Part shown: positions 28,384 to 38,321 of the stretch, piece after piece
Layout: each line of letters begins with the position of its first letter
Numbering within the stretch: position 1 is the stretch's first letter
Origin: Candidatus Omnitrophota bacterium
GTDB lineage: Bacteria; Omnitrophota; Gorgyraeia; Ghiorseimicrobiales; Ghiorseimicrobiaceae
Direction of reading: 5' to 3'
DNA length: 64,000 nucleotides
Assembly: GCA_030681595.1 (NCBI GenBank)
Contig: JAUXSB010000061.1
Span: 69,392-133,391, forward strand
The notes under the pieces: generated by a model
What the model was told of the DNA's origin: nothing
What the model saw: only the letters and a program-made list of their open reading frames with translations
Database searches by the model: none
Program-made: the position numbers and the translations under genes

Positions 28384-31300
28384 CTATGTATATTTTTTCT
28401 TAAACATCTTCTTTCTCAATTCCTCTACAAAGAATATCACGACCATAAATATAAATAATATCCCCCACTCCTGCCATCCGATGGCTATTGTTTGAAATAT
28501 CTTCTGGAAAAATGGCGTATATACCAATATACAAGTAAAGATAAGCTCAAAGGCAATACCCCAGAAAATAAGCTTGTTATTAAAAAATCCGATTTTAAAC
28601 ACGGAATGTTTTTCACTGCGGCAGGCAAAAATATTCGCTATTTGCATCACCACAATTCCAACAAAAACAACGGTTGTAGCTTTTAGATGCAAGGGATTTA
28701 CGAAAGTCGTATCATTAGGCTCTAATTGCACGCCCGGCCTCCAGCCGCCTCGATAAAGGACAAAATAATACGCGCTTATCACTGCTGCAGCATTTAAAAG
28801 GCCGAGTACTATATAGCCGCGCAACAAAACTATTTTATCTACCACACCTTTATTTTTCGGCCGCGGCGCAAGTTCCATAATCCCCGGCTCAGGTTTTTCT
28901 ACTCCCAAGGCAAGCGCGGGAAGAGTTTCCGTGCCCAAATCAATAGCTAGTATTTGCATAACTGTGATCGGCACAGGGATTTTAAAAAGGCAATAAAATA
29001 TATAAGGAATTGCTTCGGGGACAAGGTGCGCGAAAATATAGGTGATAAATTTCTTAATATTTTCAAATACCGCCCGGCCTTCTTCAATAGCTGAAACGAT
29101 GCTGGCAAAATTATCATCAATTAAGATCATCTCTGCCGCTTCTTTGGCCACGTCTGTGCCGCGCAGCCCCATGGCGATACCGATATCCGCCCGCTTAAGT
29201 GCCGGCGCATCATTTATCCCGTCGCCGGTTACGGCAACGATATTGCCCATTTCCTTAAAAATATTTACCACTCTTAATTTATCTTCTGGATTAACCCGGG
29301 CAAAAACAACTTCCTTTTTTAAAAGCTTATCTTTTAATTGTTCATCGCTAAAATTAGCAAAATCTAGCCCTGTAATAACTTCCGTGTCGCTAGATGTAAC
29401 AATCCCCACCTGCCTGGCAATAGATAAGGCGGTTATCTGATAGTCGCCGGTAATCATCACCACCCGGATGCCCGCCTTTTTACAAAGAGAAACCGCGTCT
29501 TTTACTTCCGGCCGCGGCGGATCATACATCGCGGTCGCGCCGATAAAAATAAGTCCATTCTCTATAGTTTTAGCGTCACAACCAGCCAAATCCTCTCTCT
29601 TTACATCGCGATAAGCAAAGCCTAACACGCGTAAGCCATCGCACGCAAAAGTATCAATCTGTGATAAGATTTGATCCTTTTTCTCAAAAGTTAAAGCAAC
29701 CACGCTTTCTCCTAAAACAATTTTACCGCAAAGCTCTAAAACCTCTTTTGGCGCGCCCTTAACAAAAGCATAAATACTATTATCCGGTATCCGGTGCAGA
29801 GAACTCATTCTTTTTCGTACTGATTCAAACGGAAAACGTTTTTGCAAGGGGCAACTTCTAAGCTCATCTTCATTGTTAAAACCTGCCTTTTGCGCTAATG
29901 TCAAAAGTGCGCCTTCCGTAGGGTCTCCGACAATACTCCAGTAATTCTTGTCCTGCGTAGGAAGAATAAGTTTAGCGGTATTACAGAGAACCGCGGCCCT
30001 CATCAAAAGATTAAGATTATCATTTTTTAATACCTCGCCTGAAAAAACCCTCCCCTCAAAACTAAATAATCCTTTCGGTTCATAACCGCTACCTGTAACT
30101 TCTATTATTTTGTCATTAATCCATATTTTCCTGACACTCATCTCATTAGTGGTAAGCGTGCCGGTTTTATCGGTGCAGATTACATTTGTACAGCCGAGCG
30201 TTTCCACCGAAGAAAGTTTCTTGATTAGGGCATGGCGCTTGACCATCCTTTGGACTGCCATAGCCAAAGCAAGCGTTAACGTCGGCATAAGCCCTTGAGG
30301 AACGTTTGCTATAATAATGCCCAAGGCAAACATTGCTGAAGCAACAAGCGTCATTTTAGTGAAAGTAAGGCCGATAAAAAAGAAAATACAGCCCATTAAA
30401 ACGGATATCAGGGCAATCATTTTACTTAAGCGATTTACCTCTTTTTGTAACGGGCTTAGTTCTTCTCTGATTGTCTGCGTTAAACGGGCAATCTTGCCGA
30501 TTTCAGTGCTCATTCCTGTGCCGATAACCACAGCTTTTCCTATACCGCTGGCAATACTTGTACCGGCAAAGATTAAGTTAGGCATCTCAAGCCATAAGAA
30601 ATCCTTGGTGTCTTTAAAACCTTCTGCCATCTTATGCGAAAGTTTAGACTCTCCGGAGAAAGCGCTGTTATTGACGCGTAATTCATTGGCCTCAACCAGC
30701 CTTGCGTCAGCAGGAGTATTGTCTCCTTCCTCAACGACAACAATATCTCCCGGCACAATATCATCGGTGGAAACCTTTGTTTCTTTTCCGTCTCTAACCA
30801 CACGCGCGTAAGAGGGAATTAATTTTTTTAGCGCGCTGATTGCTTTTTCCGCCTTAAATTCCTGCCAAAAGCTAAAGATAGCGTTAATAAAAATAACCAC
30901 GATACATGCCCACCCTGCTTCCGGCATCTTTGCCCAAAAAGAAAGCCCGCTTCCTGCCCACATAAGAATAGCCAAAAGATTGGTAAAGTGAGCTGCAAAG
31001 CGCACAATAAGCGGAGTTTTTCTTAATGCCCTCAATCTATTTGGCCCGTAATCTTTGAGGCGCCCTTGCACTTCTTTATCAGCGAGGCCGTTTTCGCTTG
31101 TATTGAGTTCTAGATAAATCGCTTCCTTGCTTAGGGCGGCAAAACCCTCTATTTCAAAATCGCCTTGTTTTAGAAGATAAAACAATTCATCGTTCGATGA
31201 AGCACTCCTGAGCTCACCGGCTACCAAAGGATCGCTAAAAAAAGCTGCTATTTTGGAAAGAAGTTTAAGGTGTATCTCGGGCTCTGAAAGCGGAGTTAAA

Positions 31301-31653
31301 AATAAAACTATAATGTATACGGGCTTCCCATCAAGCGAAGAAAAGTTAATCCCCCGTTTAGCAATGCCAACAAAAAAAACAGGTTCTTTTAAGTGTTCAA
31401 TACGGGCATGGGGAATAGCCACGCCATTGCCGATGCCGGTTGAATCCTTATTTTCCCTTTCTAAAAGGCTATTGAGAACAAAATGCTTATCTTTGATTTT
31501 TCTGTTTTTATAGAGGCAATCGACAATCTCAGAGATGGCTGTCTCTTTAGCCTGCGCCTTTAAGCTTACACTTAAAAGATTTTTATTTGTAAGTTCGGAT
31601 ATCTTCATAATAACTTTGTTCCTCTTAACAGGTAATACCAAACCATAAGTCAA
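28384..31653 (-). CDS. P-type cation-transporting ATPase with an N-terminal PTS EIIA type-2 (PtsN/EIIA-Ntr-like) domain
   Basis: 1089 aa. The N-terminal roughly 150 aa carry the EIIA-2 active-site motif GNGVAIPHARIEH. The rest is a P-type ATPase (CTDKTGTLTTNEM phosphorylation site, TGDGINDAPALKRADIGIAMG). Confidence 0.8.
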   Translation of the reverse strand: MTYGLVLPVKRNKVIMKISELTNKNLLSVSLKAQAKETAISEIVDCLYKNRKIKDKHFVLNSLLERENKDSTGIGNGVAIPHARIEHLKEPVFFVGIAKRGINFSSLDGKPVYIIVLFLTPLSEPEIHLKLLSKIAAFFSDPLVAGELRSASSNDELFYLLKQGDFEIEGFAALSKEAIYLELNTSENGLADKEVQGRLKDYGPNRLRALRKTPLIVRFAAHFTNLLAILMWAGSGLSFWAKMPEAGWACIVVIFINAIFSFWQEFKAEKAISALKKLIPSYARVVRDGKETKVSTDDIVPGDIVVVEEGDNTPADARLVEANELRVNNSAFSGESKLSHKMAEGFKDTKDFLWLEMPNLIFAGTSIASGIGKAVVIGTGMSTEIGKIARLTQTIREELSPLQKEVNRLSKMIALISVLMGCIFFFIGLTFTKMTLVASAMFALGIIIANVPQGLMPTLTLALAMAVQRMVKRHALIKKLSSVETLGCTNVICTDKTGTLTTNEMSVRKIWINDKIIEVTGSGYEPKGLFSFEGRVFSGEVLKNDNLNLLMRAAVLCNTAKLILPTQDKNYWSIVGDPTEGALLTLAQKAGFNNEDELRSCPLQKRFPFESVRKRMSSLHRIPDNSIYAFVKGAPKEVLELCGKIVLGESVVALTFEKKDQILSQIDTFACDGLRVLGFAYRDVKREDLAGCDAKTIENGLIFIGATAMYDPPRPEVKDAVSLCKKAGIRVVMITGDYQITALSIARQVGIVTSSDTEVITGLDFANFSDEQLKDKLLKKEVVFARVNPEDKLRVVNIFKEMGNIVAVTGDGINDAPALKRADIGIAMGLRGTDVAKEAAEMILIDDNFASIVSAIEEGRAVFENIKKFITYIFAHLVPEAIPYIFYCLFKIPVPITVMQILAIDLGTETLPALALGVEKPEPGIMELAPRPKNKGVVDKIVLLRGYIVLGLLNAAAVISAYYFVLYRGGWRPGVQLEPNDTTFVNPLHLKATTVVFVGIVVMQIANIFACRSEKHSVFKIGFFNNKLIFWGIAFELIFTCILVYTPFFQKIFQTIAIGWQEWGILFIFMVVIFFVEELRKKMFKKKYT

Positions 31654-31673
31654 AACACACCATAAGGCAGTTT

Positions 31674-31716
31674 TACCCCGCCTTCATTAGTTCTCTGGCG
31701 GGGTAAACTGTTTTTG
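31674..31716. terminator. candidate intrinsic terminator hairpin between hppA and the P-type ATPase gene
   Basis: 9-bp GC-rich stem TACCCCGCC...GGCGGGGTA followed by AAACTGTTTTTGG. The T-run is on the plus strand, so the orientation is ambiguous or bidirectional. Confidence 0.3.
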
Positions 31717-31737
31717 GTTAAATTAGAAATAAATTAG

Positions 31738-34005
31738 CTACGTTTTCTTCTTAAAACTTAAACTGCCATGCTTTGAATAAAGGATAGCACCGAAAATAAG
31801 CAATATTGAAACAACTATCGCTATAATTATTCCAAGGTCAGTCCGGTGGTAATGAATGATGATTGGAGCGGAAAGCAAAGAAACTAAATTGATAACTTTA
31901 ATCATCGGATTAAGCGCGGGGCCTGCCGTGTCTTTAAGCGGATCCCCCACTGTATCGCCAACAACAGAAGCTTTATGAGCCTCGGAACCCTTGCCGCCGT
32001 ATAACCCGTCTTCTATAATCTTTTTGGCATTATCCCAGGCGCCTCCGGCAGTTGCCATAAATACCGCCAAGAGCTGGCCAGAAATAATGACACCCGCCAA
32101 AAATCCACCCAAAGCCTCAACGCTTAAAACCATACCGATTAAAATCGGGCTAAGCACCGCGATAAGCGATAATCCAATAAGTTCTTTTTGCGCGGCAACC
32201 GTACATATATCAACCGCTTTTTTATAATCGGGCTTTACTTTACCCTCCATAAGCCCGGGAATACGAAACTGGCGGCGCACTTCCTCTACAATCAATGAAG
32301 CCGCGCGGACAACAGCGTTAACAATGAGCGCGGAAAATAAACATGGGACTGCCCCGCCGATAAGCATCCCGACAAAAACTATCGGCTCAGAAACCCTGAT
32401 ACCCGTGACAAGAAGCCGCAAGCTTTCAGCAATGCCCATTTGTGCCTGAACTTTTGTCACATCAGTAAGGAATGAGCCAAAAAGAGAAACTGCGGCAATA
32501 ACCGCCGAACCAATTGCCACGCCTTTGGTAATAGCTTTAGTAGTATTACCCACCGCGTCAAGATCTGCCATAATTTGACGCGCCTTAGGTTCAAGATGCG
32601 CCATCTCGCCAATGCCATTGGCATTATCAACAATAGGCCCAAAAGAATCCATGGCAACGTTATTTCCGGTTAAGGTCAACATTCCTATACCCGTCATAGC
32701 CACGCCATATAATATGTAAATAACCGACTGCCCCCAATAAATCATAATTGCCGCGAGTATTGTTACCGCGATAACAATAAACTGCCAAGCTGATGATTCA
32801 AAACCTATAGAAATACCGCGCAAAATAAGAGTAGCAGAACCTGTACGCGATGAATCCGCTATCTCTTTCACCGGCGGATGATGCGTATGGGTAAAATATT
32901 TAGTGATTTCATCTATTACTATTGCTAACGCTATACCAACGCCTACAGATAAAAATGCCCGCCACTCATGCATATAAAACATTGCCAAAAAGAAAAAAGC
33001 CACAAGAGAAATAGCCGCTGAAGCAAAAAACCCTTTATTAATACTGGCAAGGGCATCCTGTTTTTCACCTTCTTTATTGCCCCGGACAAGATAAGTCCCA
33101 ATAATAGAAGATACCACTCCTATTCCGCGCACCAATAACGGAAATATAATCCATTTTAGTTCGCCGGTTAAAGAAACTAGCGCCAAGCCAAGAATTAAAC
33201 CGGAAACAATAGTAACCTCATACGATTCAAATATATCGGCAGCCATTCCCGCGCAATCACCGACATTGTCACCGACTAAATCAGCGATAACAGCGGCATT
33301 ACGCGGATCATCTTCAGGGATATTCTTCTCAACTTTACCGACTAAATCCGCGCCCACATCAGCGGCCTTAGTGTAAATACCCCCTCCCACACGCATAAAG
33401 AGCGCAAGCAGGGTTCCGCCAAAGCCAAATCCTAGAAGTACATCGGGCGAGGCAATGCCAAAAATTATAAAAATTACCGTACCCCCCAAAAGGCCAAGGC
33501 CATCAGTGAGCATGCCGGTAATAGTCCCGGTGCGGTAGGCTATCTTTAAAGCTTCGGAAAAACTCCTGCGTGAAGCACTCGCCACGCGGACATTGCCTTC
33601 GACTGCCATACGCATACCAAATTGTCCTACGATAAGCGAAAAAAATGCGCCCATCACAAATGCCGCGGCACGCCCTAACCCCACAACAAGGCGTACTGTA
33701 TCCGGGCCTAAAGTACTAAAGCGTTTTATCGCCTCTTCGCTGGGAGGAATAGCATAGACAGAAAAAAACAATACGCCGGTTAAAACAAAAATAATCGGCA
33801 GAATACTCTTTAATTGCCGCCCTAAATACGCGTCCGCCCCTAAGCGTATCGCACCCCAAATCTCCTGCATTTGGGGCGTGCCTTTATCGTACTTCATAAT
33901 CTGCGTACGCAATAAAAAGGCATATCCAAGCCCTAGAAAAGCTATAATTAAAACTCCCCAAATAGAGATAACTTCAAATGGTGTCGCGTTCATCAAGCCT
34001 AACAT
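31738..34005 (-). CDS. hppA: membrane-bound H+/Na+-translocating pyrophosphatase
   Basis: 755 aa, 15-16 TM helices. GDNVGDCAGMAAD, DPRNAAVIADLVGDNVGD and DTVGDPLKDT are V-PPase signature motifs. Confidence 0.85.
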   Translation of the reverse strand: MLGLMNATPFEVISIWGVLIIAFLGLGYAFLLRTQIMKYDKGTPQMQEIWGAIRLGADAYLGRQLKSILPIIFVLTGVLFFSVYAIPPSEEAIKRFSTLGPDTVRLVVGLGRAAAFVMGAFFSLIVGQFGMRMAVEGNVRVASASRRSFSEALKIAYRTGTITGMLTDGLGLLGGTVIFIIFGIASPDVLLGFGFGGTLLALFMRVGGGIYTKAADVGADLVGKVEKNIPEDDPRNAAVIADLVGDNVGDCAGMAADIFESYEVTIVSGLILGLALVSLTGELKWIIFPLLVRGIGVVSSIIGTYLVRGNKEGEKQDALASINKGFFASAAISLVAFFFLAMFYMHEWRAFLSVGVGIALAIVIDEITKYFTHTHHPPVKEIADSSRTGSATLILRGISIGFESSAWQFIVIAVTILAAIMIYWGQSVIYILYGVAMTGIGMLTLTGNNVAMDSFGPIVDNANGIGEMAHLEPKARQIMADLDAVGNTTKAITKGVAIGSAVIAAVSLFGSFLTDVTKVQAQMGIAESLRLLVTGIRVSEPIVFVGMLIGGAVPCLFSALIVNAVVRAASLIVEEVRRQFRIPGLMEGKVKPDYKKAVDICTVAAQKELIGLSLIAVLSPILIGMVLSVEALGGFLAGVIISGQLLAVFMATAGGAWDNAKKIIEDGLYGGKGSEAHKASVVGDTVGDPLKDTAGPALNPMIKVINLVSLLSAPIIIHYHRTDLGIIIAIVVSILLIFGAILYSKHGSLSFKKKT

Positions 34006-34108
34006 TTTACAATCTCCTCCCTCTGTCTTAACTATTCTTTATTATTAAGGGCGTCGCAAAACTGCCGCCCTTAATTACATAGGCTGGAACGAATTTCGTG
34101 ACAGCCTT

Positions 34109-34522
34109 CTATTCTTTATTACTCGCCGCGATATTAAGTTTGGTTATGCCCAATTCAGTCAATGGGTCCAAAACACCAACGATTTCTTGAAACCTTACGA
34201 ATTTATCAGAACGCACAGTAACAGCTAAATCCGGGTTACTGTTACGCATTACCTTGATTTGCTCTTTTAACTCTTTAGACGTAACAAGCTTACCATCTAA
34301 ATAAACTACACCCTCGCGCGTTATAGTGATATCTGCCTGCGCCTTTCGGCCTTTTCCCTGGGCCCCTTGGCTTTTTGCTTGCGGCAGATCGACCTTAATG
34401 CTTGATTGAGAAATTAAAGGGGTGGTTATCATAAATATAACCAATAATACAAGGATGACATCGGTAAAAGGAGTTATATTTATATCTGCTACTAATTTTT
34501 GCTTTCTAATGTTCCTGTTCAT
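34109..34522 (-). CDS. ExbD/TolR biopolymer transport protein
   Basis: 137 aa. Single N-terminal TM (INITPFTDVILVLLVIFMITTP) plus a periplasmic domain. Confidence 0.8.
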   Translation of the reverse strand: MNRNIRKQKLVADINITPFTDVILVLLVIFMITTPLISQSSIKVDLPQAKSQGAQGKGRKAQADITITREGVVYLDGKLVTSKELKEQIKVMRNSNPDLAVTVRSDKFVRFQEIVGVLDPLTELGITKLNIAASNKE

Positions 34523-35136
34523 TTTTGTTTAACACTCAATAAATCCATTACCTCAGAAGCGCACAATTCCATATCCGTAATGAAACCGTCTACCCTTTTA
34601 ACAAAATAATTATAGGCAATAACTGCGGGTACCGCCACGCAAAGCCCTGATGCGGTACAGACCAATGCCTCGGATATTCCATCAATAACCACACTTATCC
34701 CTCCGGAGTTACTTTTTGAAATATCCTGGAAAGCCCTTATGATGCCTAAAACCGTTCCGAATAGGCCTATATAAACAGCGGTACTCCCTATAGTACCGAC
34801 TATACTTGTAAAACGCTCTAATTTAACTGTTTCCACCGTCACTTCCCTTTCCATGGTATTGGATATTACCACTTCATTATGCCCATATAAATTAAGCCCT
34901 GAACGCACCACACGGGAAAATGGCGTATTTGTATTCTCGCATATCCCCAAAGAGCTTTTTACATTTCCTTTCTTTAATTCCCTTGCTACATCGGCCATGA
35001 ACCGTTCTCTCTTTATCCTAGACCTTTTATGATAATAAAAACAACGCTCCATGATTATCGCCAGAGAAAAAACAGAAAAGCCTAAAAGAACGTACATCGT
35101 GAAACCGCCAACTTTAAATAGCTGCCATAATGCCAT
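34519..35136 (-). CDS. MotA/TolQ/ExbB proton-channel protein
   Basis: 205 aa, three TM helices, with the conserved C-terminal region typical of the ExbB/TolQ family. It overlaps the ExbD gene by 4 nt. Confidence 0.8.
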   Translation of the reverse strand: MALWQLFKVGGFTMYVLLGFSVFSLAIIMERCFYYHKRSRIKRERFMADVARELKKGNVKSSLGICENTNTPFSRVVRSGLNLYGHNEVVISNTMEREVTVETVKLERFTSIVGTIGSTAVYIGLFGTVLGIIRAFQDISKSNSGGISVVIDGISEALVCTASGLCVAVPAVIAYNYFVKRVDGFITDMELCASEVMDLLSVKQK

Positions 35137-35458
35137 CAGATTATTCTCCTATTCTTAACCGTCTTTAATCCCAAATTTCTTGGCGTGGCGTAAAAAATTT
35201 GGGTTAAAAACTCGTTTGATTCCAAGAAAATCGCCAGCCATAGGCGATTTTCAGCCCCAGCCGTTTTGCTTTGCTACGCAAAGCAGGCGGAGATTAGGAA
35301 AGTATTTTTATACTTTCCTAATGCAGTAAAAAAGACAACCAGAGAACGGCTTCTCTGGCTTCCCGATGTTACTGAACTACGGCTGAAAAACCCTGTTTGC
35401 TAGAGGCCGCGATCTTTATTACGCCTCCTTTCCAGCAACAAATAGCCAAAATATTTCT

Positions 35459-35737
35459 TTAACCAAACTTAAACAAAATCCCGAAGCCTCCGCGGGGATA
35501 AGCCCAGTTGATGTTTTTATATTCCTGGCAGATAATCCGGCAGGTGCCGCACTCAAGGCAGCCTTCATAAGCCACCCTGACAGAGCCGTCTTCTTCTTGT
35601 GTATAGACCTTTGCCGGACAGGCATAAGTACATTGTTTACCGGAACATTTGTGGCATATTTTTGGGTCGATGATTTTAAGGTGAGATTTCGTGTCTGCCC
35701 TAAAACGGTCTGCAAATAATCTATCTTCTATCCTCAT
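35459..35737 (-). CDS. fixX: ferredoxin-like protein FixX
   Basis: 92 aa. The Cys pattern CHKCSGKQCTYACP...CLECGTCRIIC is the FixX-type 4Fe-4S ferredoxin. The overlapping ORF 35419-35715 is rejected. Confidence 0.75.
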   Translation of the reverse strand: MRIEDRLFADRFRADTKSHLKIIDPKICHKCSGKQCTYACPAKVYTQEEDGSVRVAYEGCLECGTCRIICQEYKNINWAYPRGGFGILFKFG

Positions 35738-37029
35738 CCTATAGCCCTCAATAAGTTAAAACCGTCTTTAACTAAACCCCACAATGACCTTCCCTTAATA
35801 AAATTCTTAATAATTTTCCACTGCTTTGTTTTTTTCGGTACGCCATCGACTTTTATCATTTCATAAGCAGAATCCGATAACAAGCTGGGATAAGTGGTAA
35901 AAAAATGTTTATTCTTTTCCATAATAGCCGGAAAATTACGGTATTTTTTCAAATCTTTCATGACAAAACTTTGATCAAGTAATTTCTTATATAAGGATAA
36001 TGCCCGGCAAGTAAAATCATTTTTTTTCTTTGCCTCTATTACGGTTTGGGCTGCTAGGCGCCCCGAAGTAATCGCCAAATTAGAGCCCTCCCTGTGGACC
36101 GAGTTAACCAGCCCTGCCGCGTCTCCGGCTACCAAAAATCCGTCGGCGCATAAAGGCGGTATGGCGCGATAGCCGCCTTCGGGTATTAAATGCGCGGAAT
36201 ATTCTTTTGTTTGGGCACCCTCAATCAAAGGCTGTATCATCGGATGTTCTTTAAACCTATCTAATAAATCATACGGCTGCATTCCGGATTTACGCAAATC
36301 GGAAATCAGGCATCCAATACCCAAAGAAAGAGATTCCTTATTAGTATAGATAAAACCGATGCCCATCATACCGGCGCTGATATCGCCGACTAACTCGATA
36401 GCCGTGCCTTGCTCAGCCTTAAGGTTAAAGCGCGCCTCTATTACTTCGCGCGGGAGGGCTAGAATTTCCTTAACCGCTAAGGCGACGTTATGCTCTGGGA
36501 TTTCCGGATGCAGCCCTAGGTCGCGGGCGAGAATTGAATTAACTCCCTCCGCGTCAATTACTAGATCAGCATACAGTTCACCGTCGGCTCGGCCGGTGCG
36601 CACGCCTATTACCTTATCGTTCTCAACAATTAAACTTTCTACTAAGGTCTCATTGATAATTATCGCCCCCGCGCTTTCAGCCTTAGAAGCAAACCACCTG
36701 TCAAACGTAGCACGCATAATGCTATAGCTGTTATAAGGTGGTTCATCCAGCTGCTTTGACTTATAACTAAAGCTTGTTGAGGCGTCTTTTGAAACCAACA
36801 TTACCCTTTGCTCTATAATATGGCGCTCCAGAGGCGCCTCTTTCCAAAATTCAGGGATAAGTTCTTCTAACGGGCGCGTATATAAAATTCCGCCCATGAC
36901 GTTTTTTGTACCGGGGTATTCCCCCCGCTCAATTACAACCGTCTTTAGGCCTGCTCTTACCAAAGTAAGCGCAGCGCTTATCCCTGCCGGGCCCGCACCT
37001 ACTACTATACAATCAAATTTATCCTTCAT
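35734..37029 (-). CDS. fixC: electron-transfer-flavoprotein:quinone oxidoreductase FixC (FAD-dependent)
   Basis: 431 aa. N-terminal FAD motif DCIVVGAGPAGISAAL and the FixC/ETF-QO family fold. Confidence 0.8.
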   Translation of the reverse strand: MKDKFDCIVVGAGPAGISAALTLVRAGLKTVVIERGEYPGTKNVMGGILYTRPLEELIPEFWKEAPLERHIIEQRVMLVSKDASTSFSYKSKQLDEPPYNSYSIMRATFDRWFASKAESAGAIIINETLVESLIVENDKVIGVRTGRADGELYADLVIDAEGVNSILARDLGLHPEIPEHNVALAVKEILALPREVIEARFNLKAEQGTAIELVGDISAGMMGIGFIYTNKESLSLGIGCLISDLRKSGMQPYDLLDRFKEHPMIQPLIEGAQTKEYSAHLIPEGGYRAIPPLCADGFLVAGDAAGLVNSVHREGSNLAITSGRLAAQTVIEAKKKNDFTCRALSLYKKLLDQSFVMKDLKKYRNFPAIMEKNKHFFTTYPSLLSDSAYEMIKVDGVPKKTKQWKIIKNFIKGRSLWGLVKDGFNLLRAIG

Positions 37030-38321
37030 TATTTTTCAACCCCGGCAAAGACATTTTTACCCGCTAATTTTTCCCTGAAAATTTTAGTTAATACCGGAAC
37101 AAATTTTATCGCGTCAGCAACAATACCATAGGTAGCAATATCAAAAATCGGCGCGTTTTTATCGGTGTTAATAGCCACGATGCAATCAGAACACTGCATA
37201 CCCATCCTGTGCTGTATTGAACCTGAAATCCCGCAGGCGATATAAAGGCGTGGGCGCACGGTTACTCCGGTTTGCCCGATTTGGTAAGAATGATCCACCC
37301 ATCCGGCATCTACTGCCGCCCGGGACGCCCCCACCGCGCCGCACAATACAAAAGCTAATTCCCGCAATACGGAAAAGTTTTCCGCCTTACCCATGCCTCT
37401 TCCGCCGGAAACAATAACATCCGCATAATGCAGGCCCGAATCACTGCAAACGGCATCAACGATAAACTCAATAACCTTAGTATCAATTTCTGCTTCCGGC
37501 AGTTTCAAATCATCAAAAATAATTTTCCCAACTCTTGCCGCGTCCTTTTTAGGCATAGGCATAACGTGCGGCCTGACAGTCGCCATCTGCGGCCTGACAT
37601 TTTCGCAGAAAATCGTCGCCATTACATTTCCGCCGAATGTGGGACGAGTCATTTCTAAAAATAAATTTTCCGTATTTATCTCTAAACCGGTACAGTCCGC
37701 GGTTAGCCCTGCCTTTAAACGCGTAGCCACCGCACCCGCTAAATCCCTGCCTAAGGTAGTAGCCCCGATGAGCAGAATTTCAGGTTTATATTTATTTACT
37801 ATCTGGACTAAACCTTCTGCATATGGCTTGGTGCGGTATTCTAATAAACTTTCGCTACTTGCCATATAAACAGAATCCGCGCCAAATTGCATTGCCTCGC
37901 GGGCAAAAACTTCTAACTCTTCTTTTTTTCCGCCTAAGATAACTGCTGATACCGCAGCACTTAGCTTAAGCGCAAGCCTCCTTGCCTCGCCTATCAATTC
38001 CCAAGAAACAGGATGCGGGGCATTATGTTCCTGTTCAATAAAAACCCATATACCTTTATACGCGGCTATACTACTTTTCTGCGCAGAAACTAACGGTTCA
38101 ATTTGTGGTTCTTTCTTTATCGCTTTTTCAATGATAATCGCGTTTGTCGGGCAAACCTTTACGCATTTGCCGCAACCAATGCATTTTTCTATGTCTAGCT
38201 CGGCTATGCCATCTTTCATAAATAACGCATCCGGCGGGCATACCGGAATACAATTACTGCAGCCAATGCATTTGTTTTTAATAATCTCTACTATAATCTT
38301 ACCTTTTGAATTCTTAGCCAT
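37029..38321 (-). CDS. fixB: electron transfer flavoprotein alpha subunit (EtfA/FixB) with an N-terminal 2x[4Fe-4S] ferredoxin domain
   Basis: 430 aa. N-terminal CIGCSNCIPVCP...CIGCGKCVKVCP, then the ETF-alpha FAD-binding domain (PRLYIACGISGSIQHRMGM). Confidence 0.8.
   Translation of the reverse strand: MAKNSKGKIIVEIIKNKCIGCSNCIPVCPPDALFMKDGIAELDIEKCIGCGKCVKVCPTNAIIIEKAIKKEPQIEPLVSAQKSSIAAYKGIWVFIEQEHNAPHPVSWELIGEARRLALKLSAAVSAVILGGKKEELEVFAREAMQFGADSVYMASSESLLEYRTKPYAEGLVQIVNKYKPEILLIGATTLGRDLAGAVATRLKAGLTADCTGLEINTENLFLEMTRPTFGGNVMATIFCENVRPQMATVRPHVMPMPKKDAARVGKIIFDDLKLPEAEIDTKVIEFIVDAVCSDSGLHYADVIVSGGRGMGKAENFSVLRELAFVLCGAVGASRAAVDAGWVDHSYQIGQTGVTVRPRLYIACGISGSIQHRMGMQCSDCIVAINTDKNAPIFDIATYGIVADAIKFVPVLTKIFREKLAGKNVFAGVEK

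Noticed and set aside
35419-35715. ORF 35419-35715 (98 aa) overlapping fixX
   Set aside because: The alternative frame 35459-35737 gives a textbook FixX ferredoxin with the correct Cys motifs and 4-nt coupling to fixC. The overlapping frame has no features.
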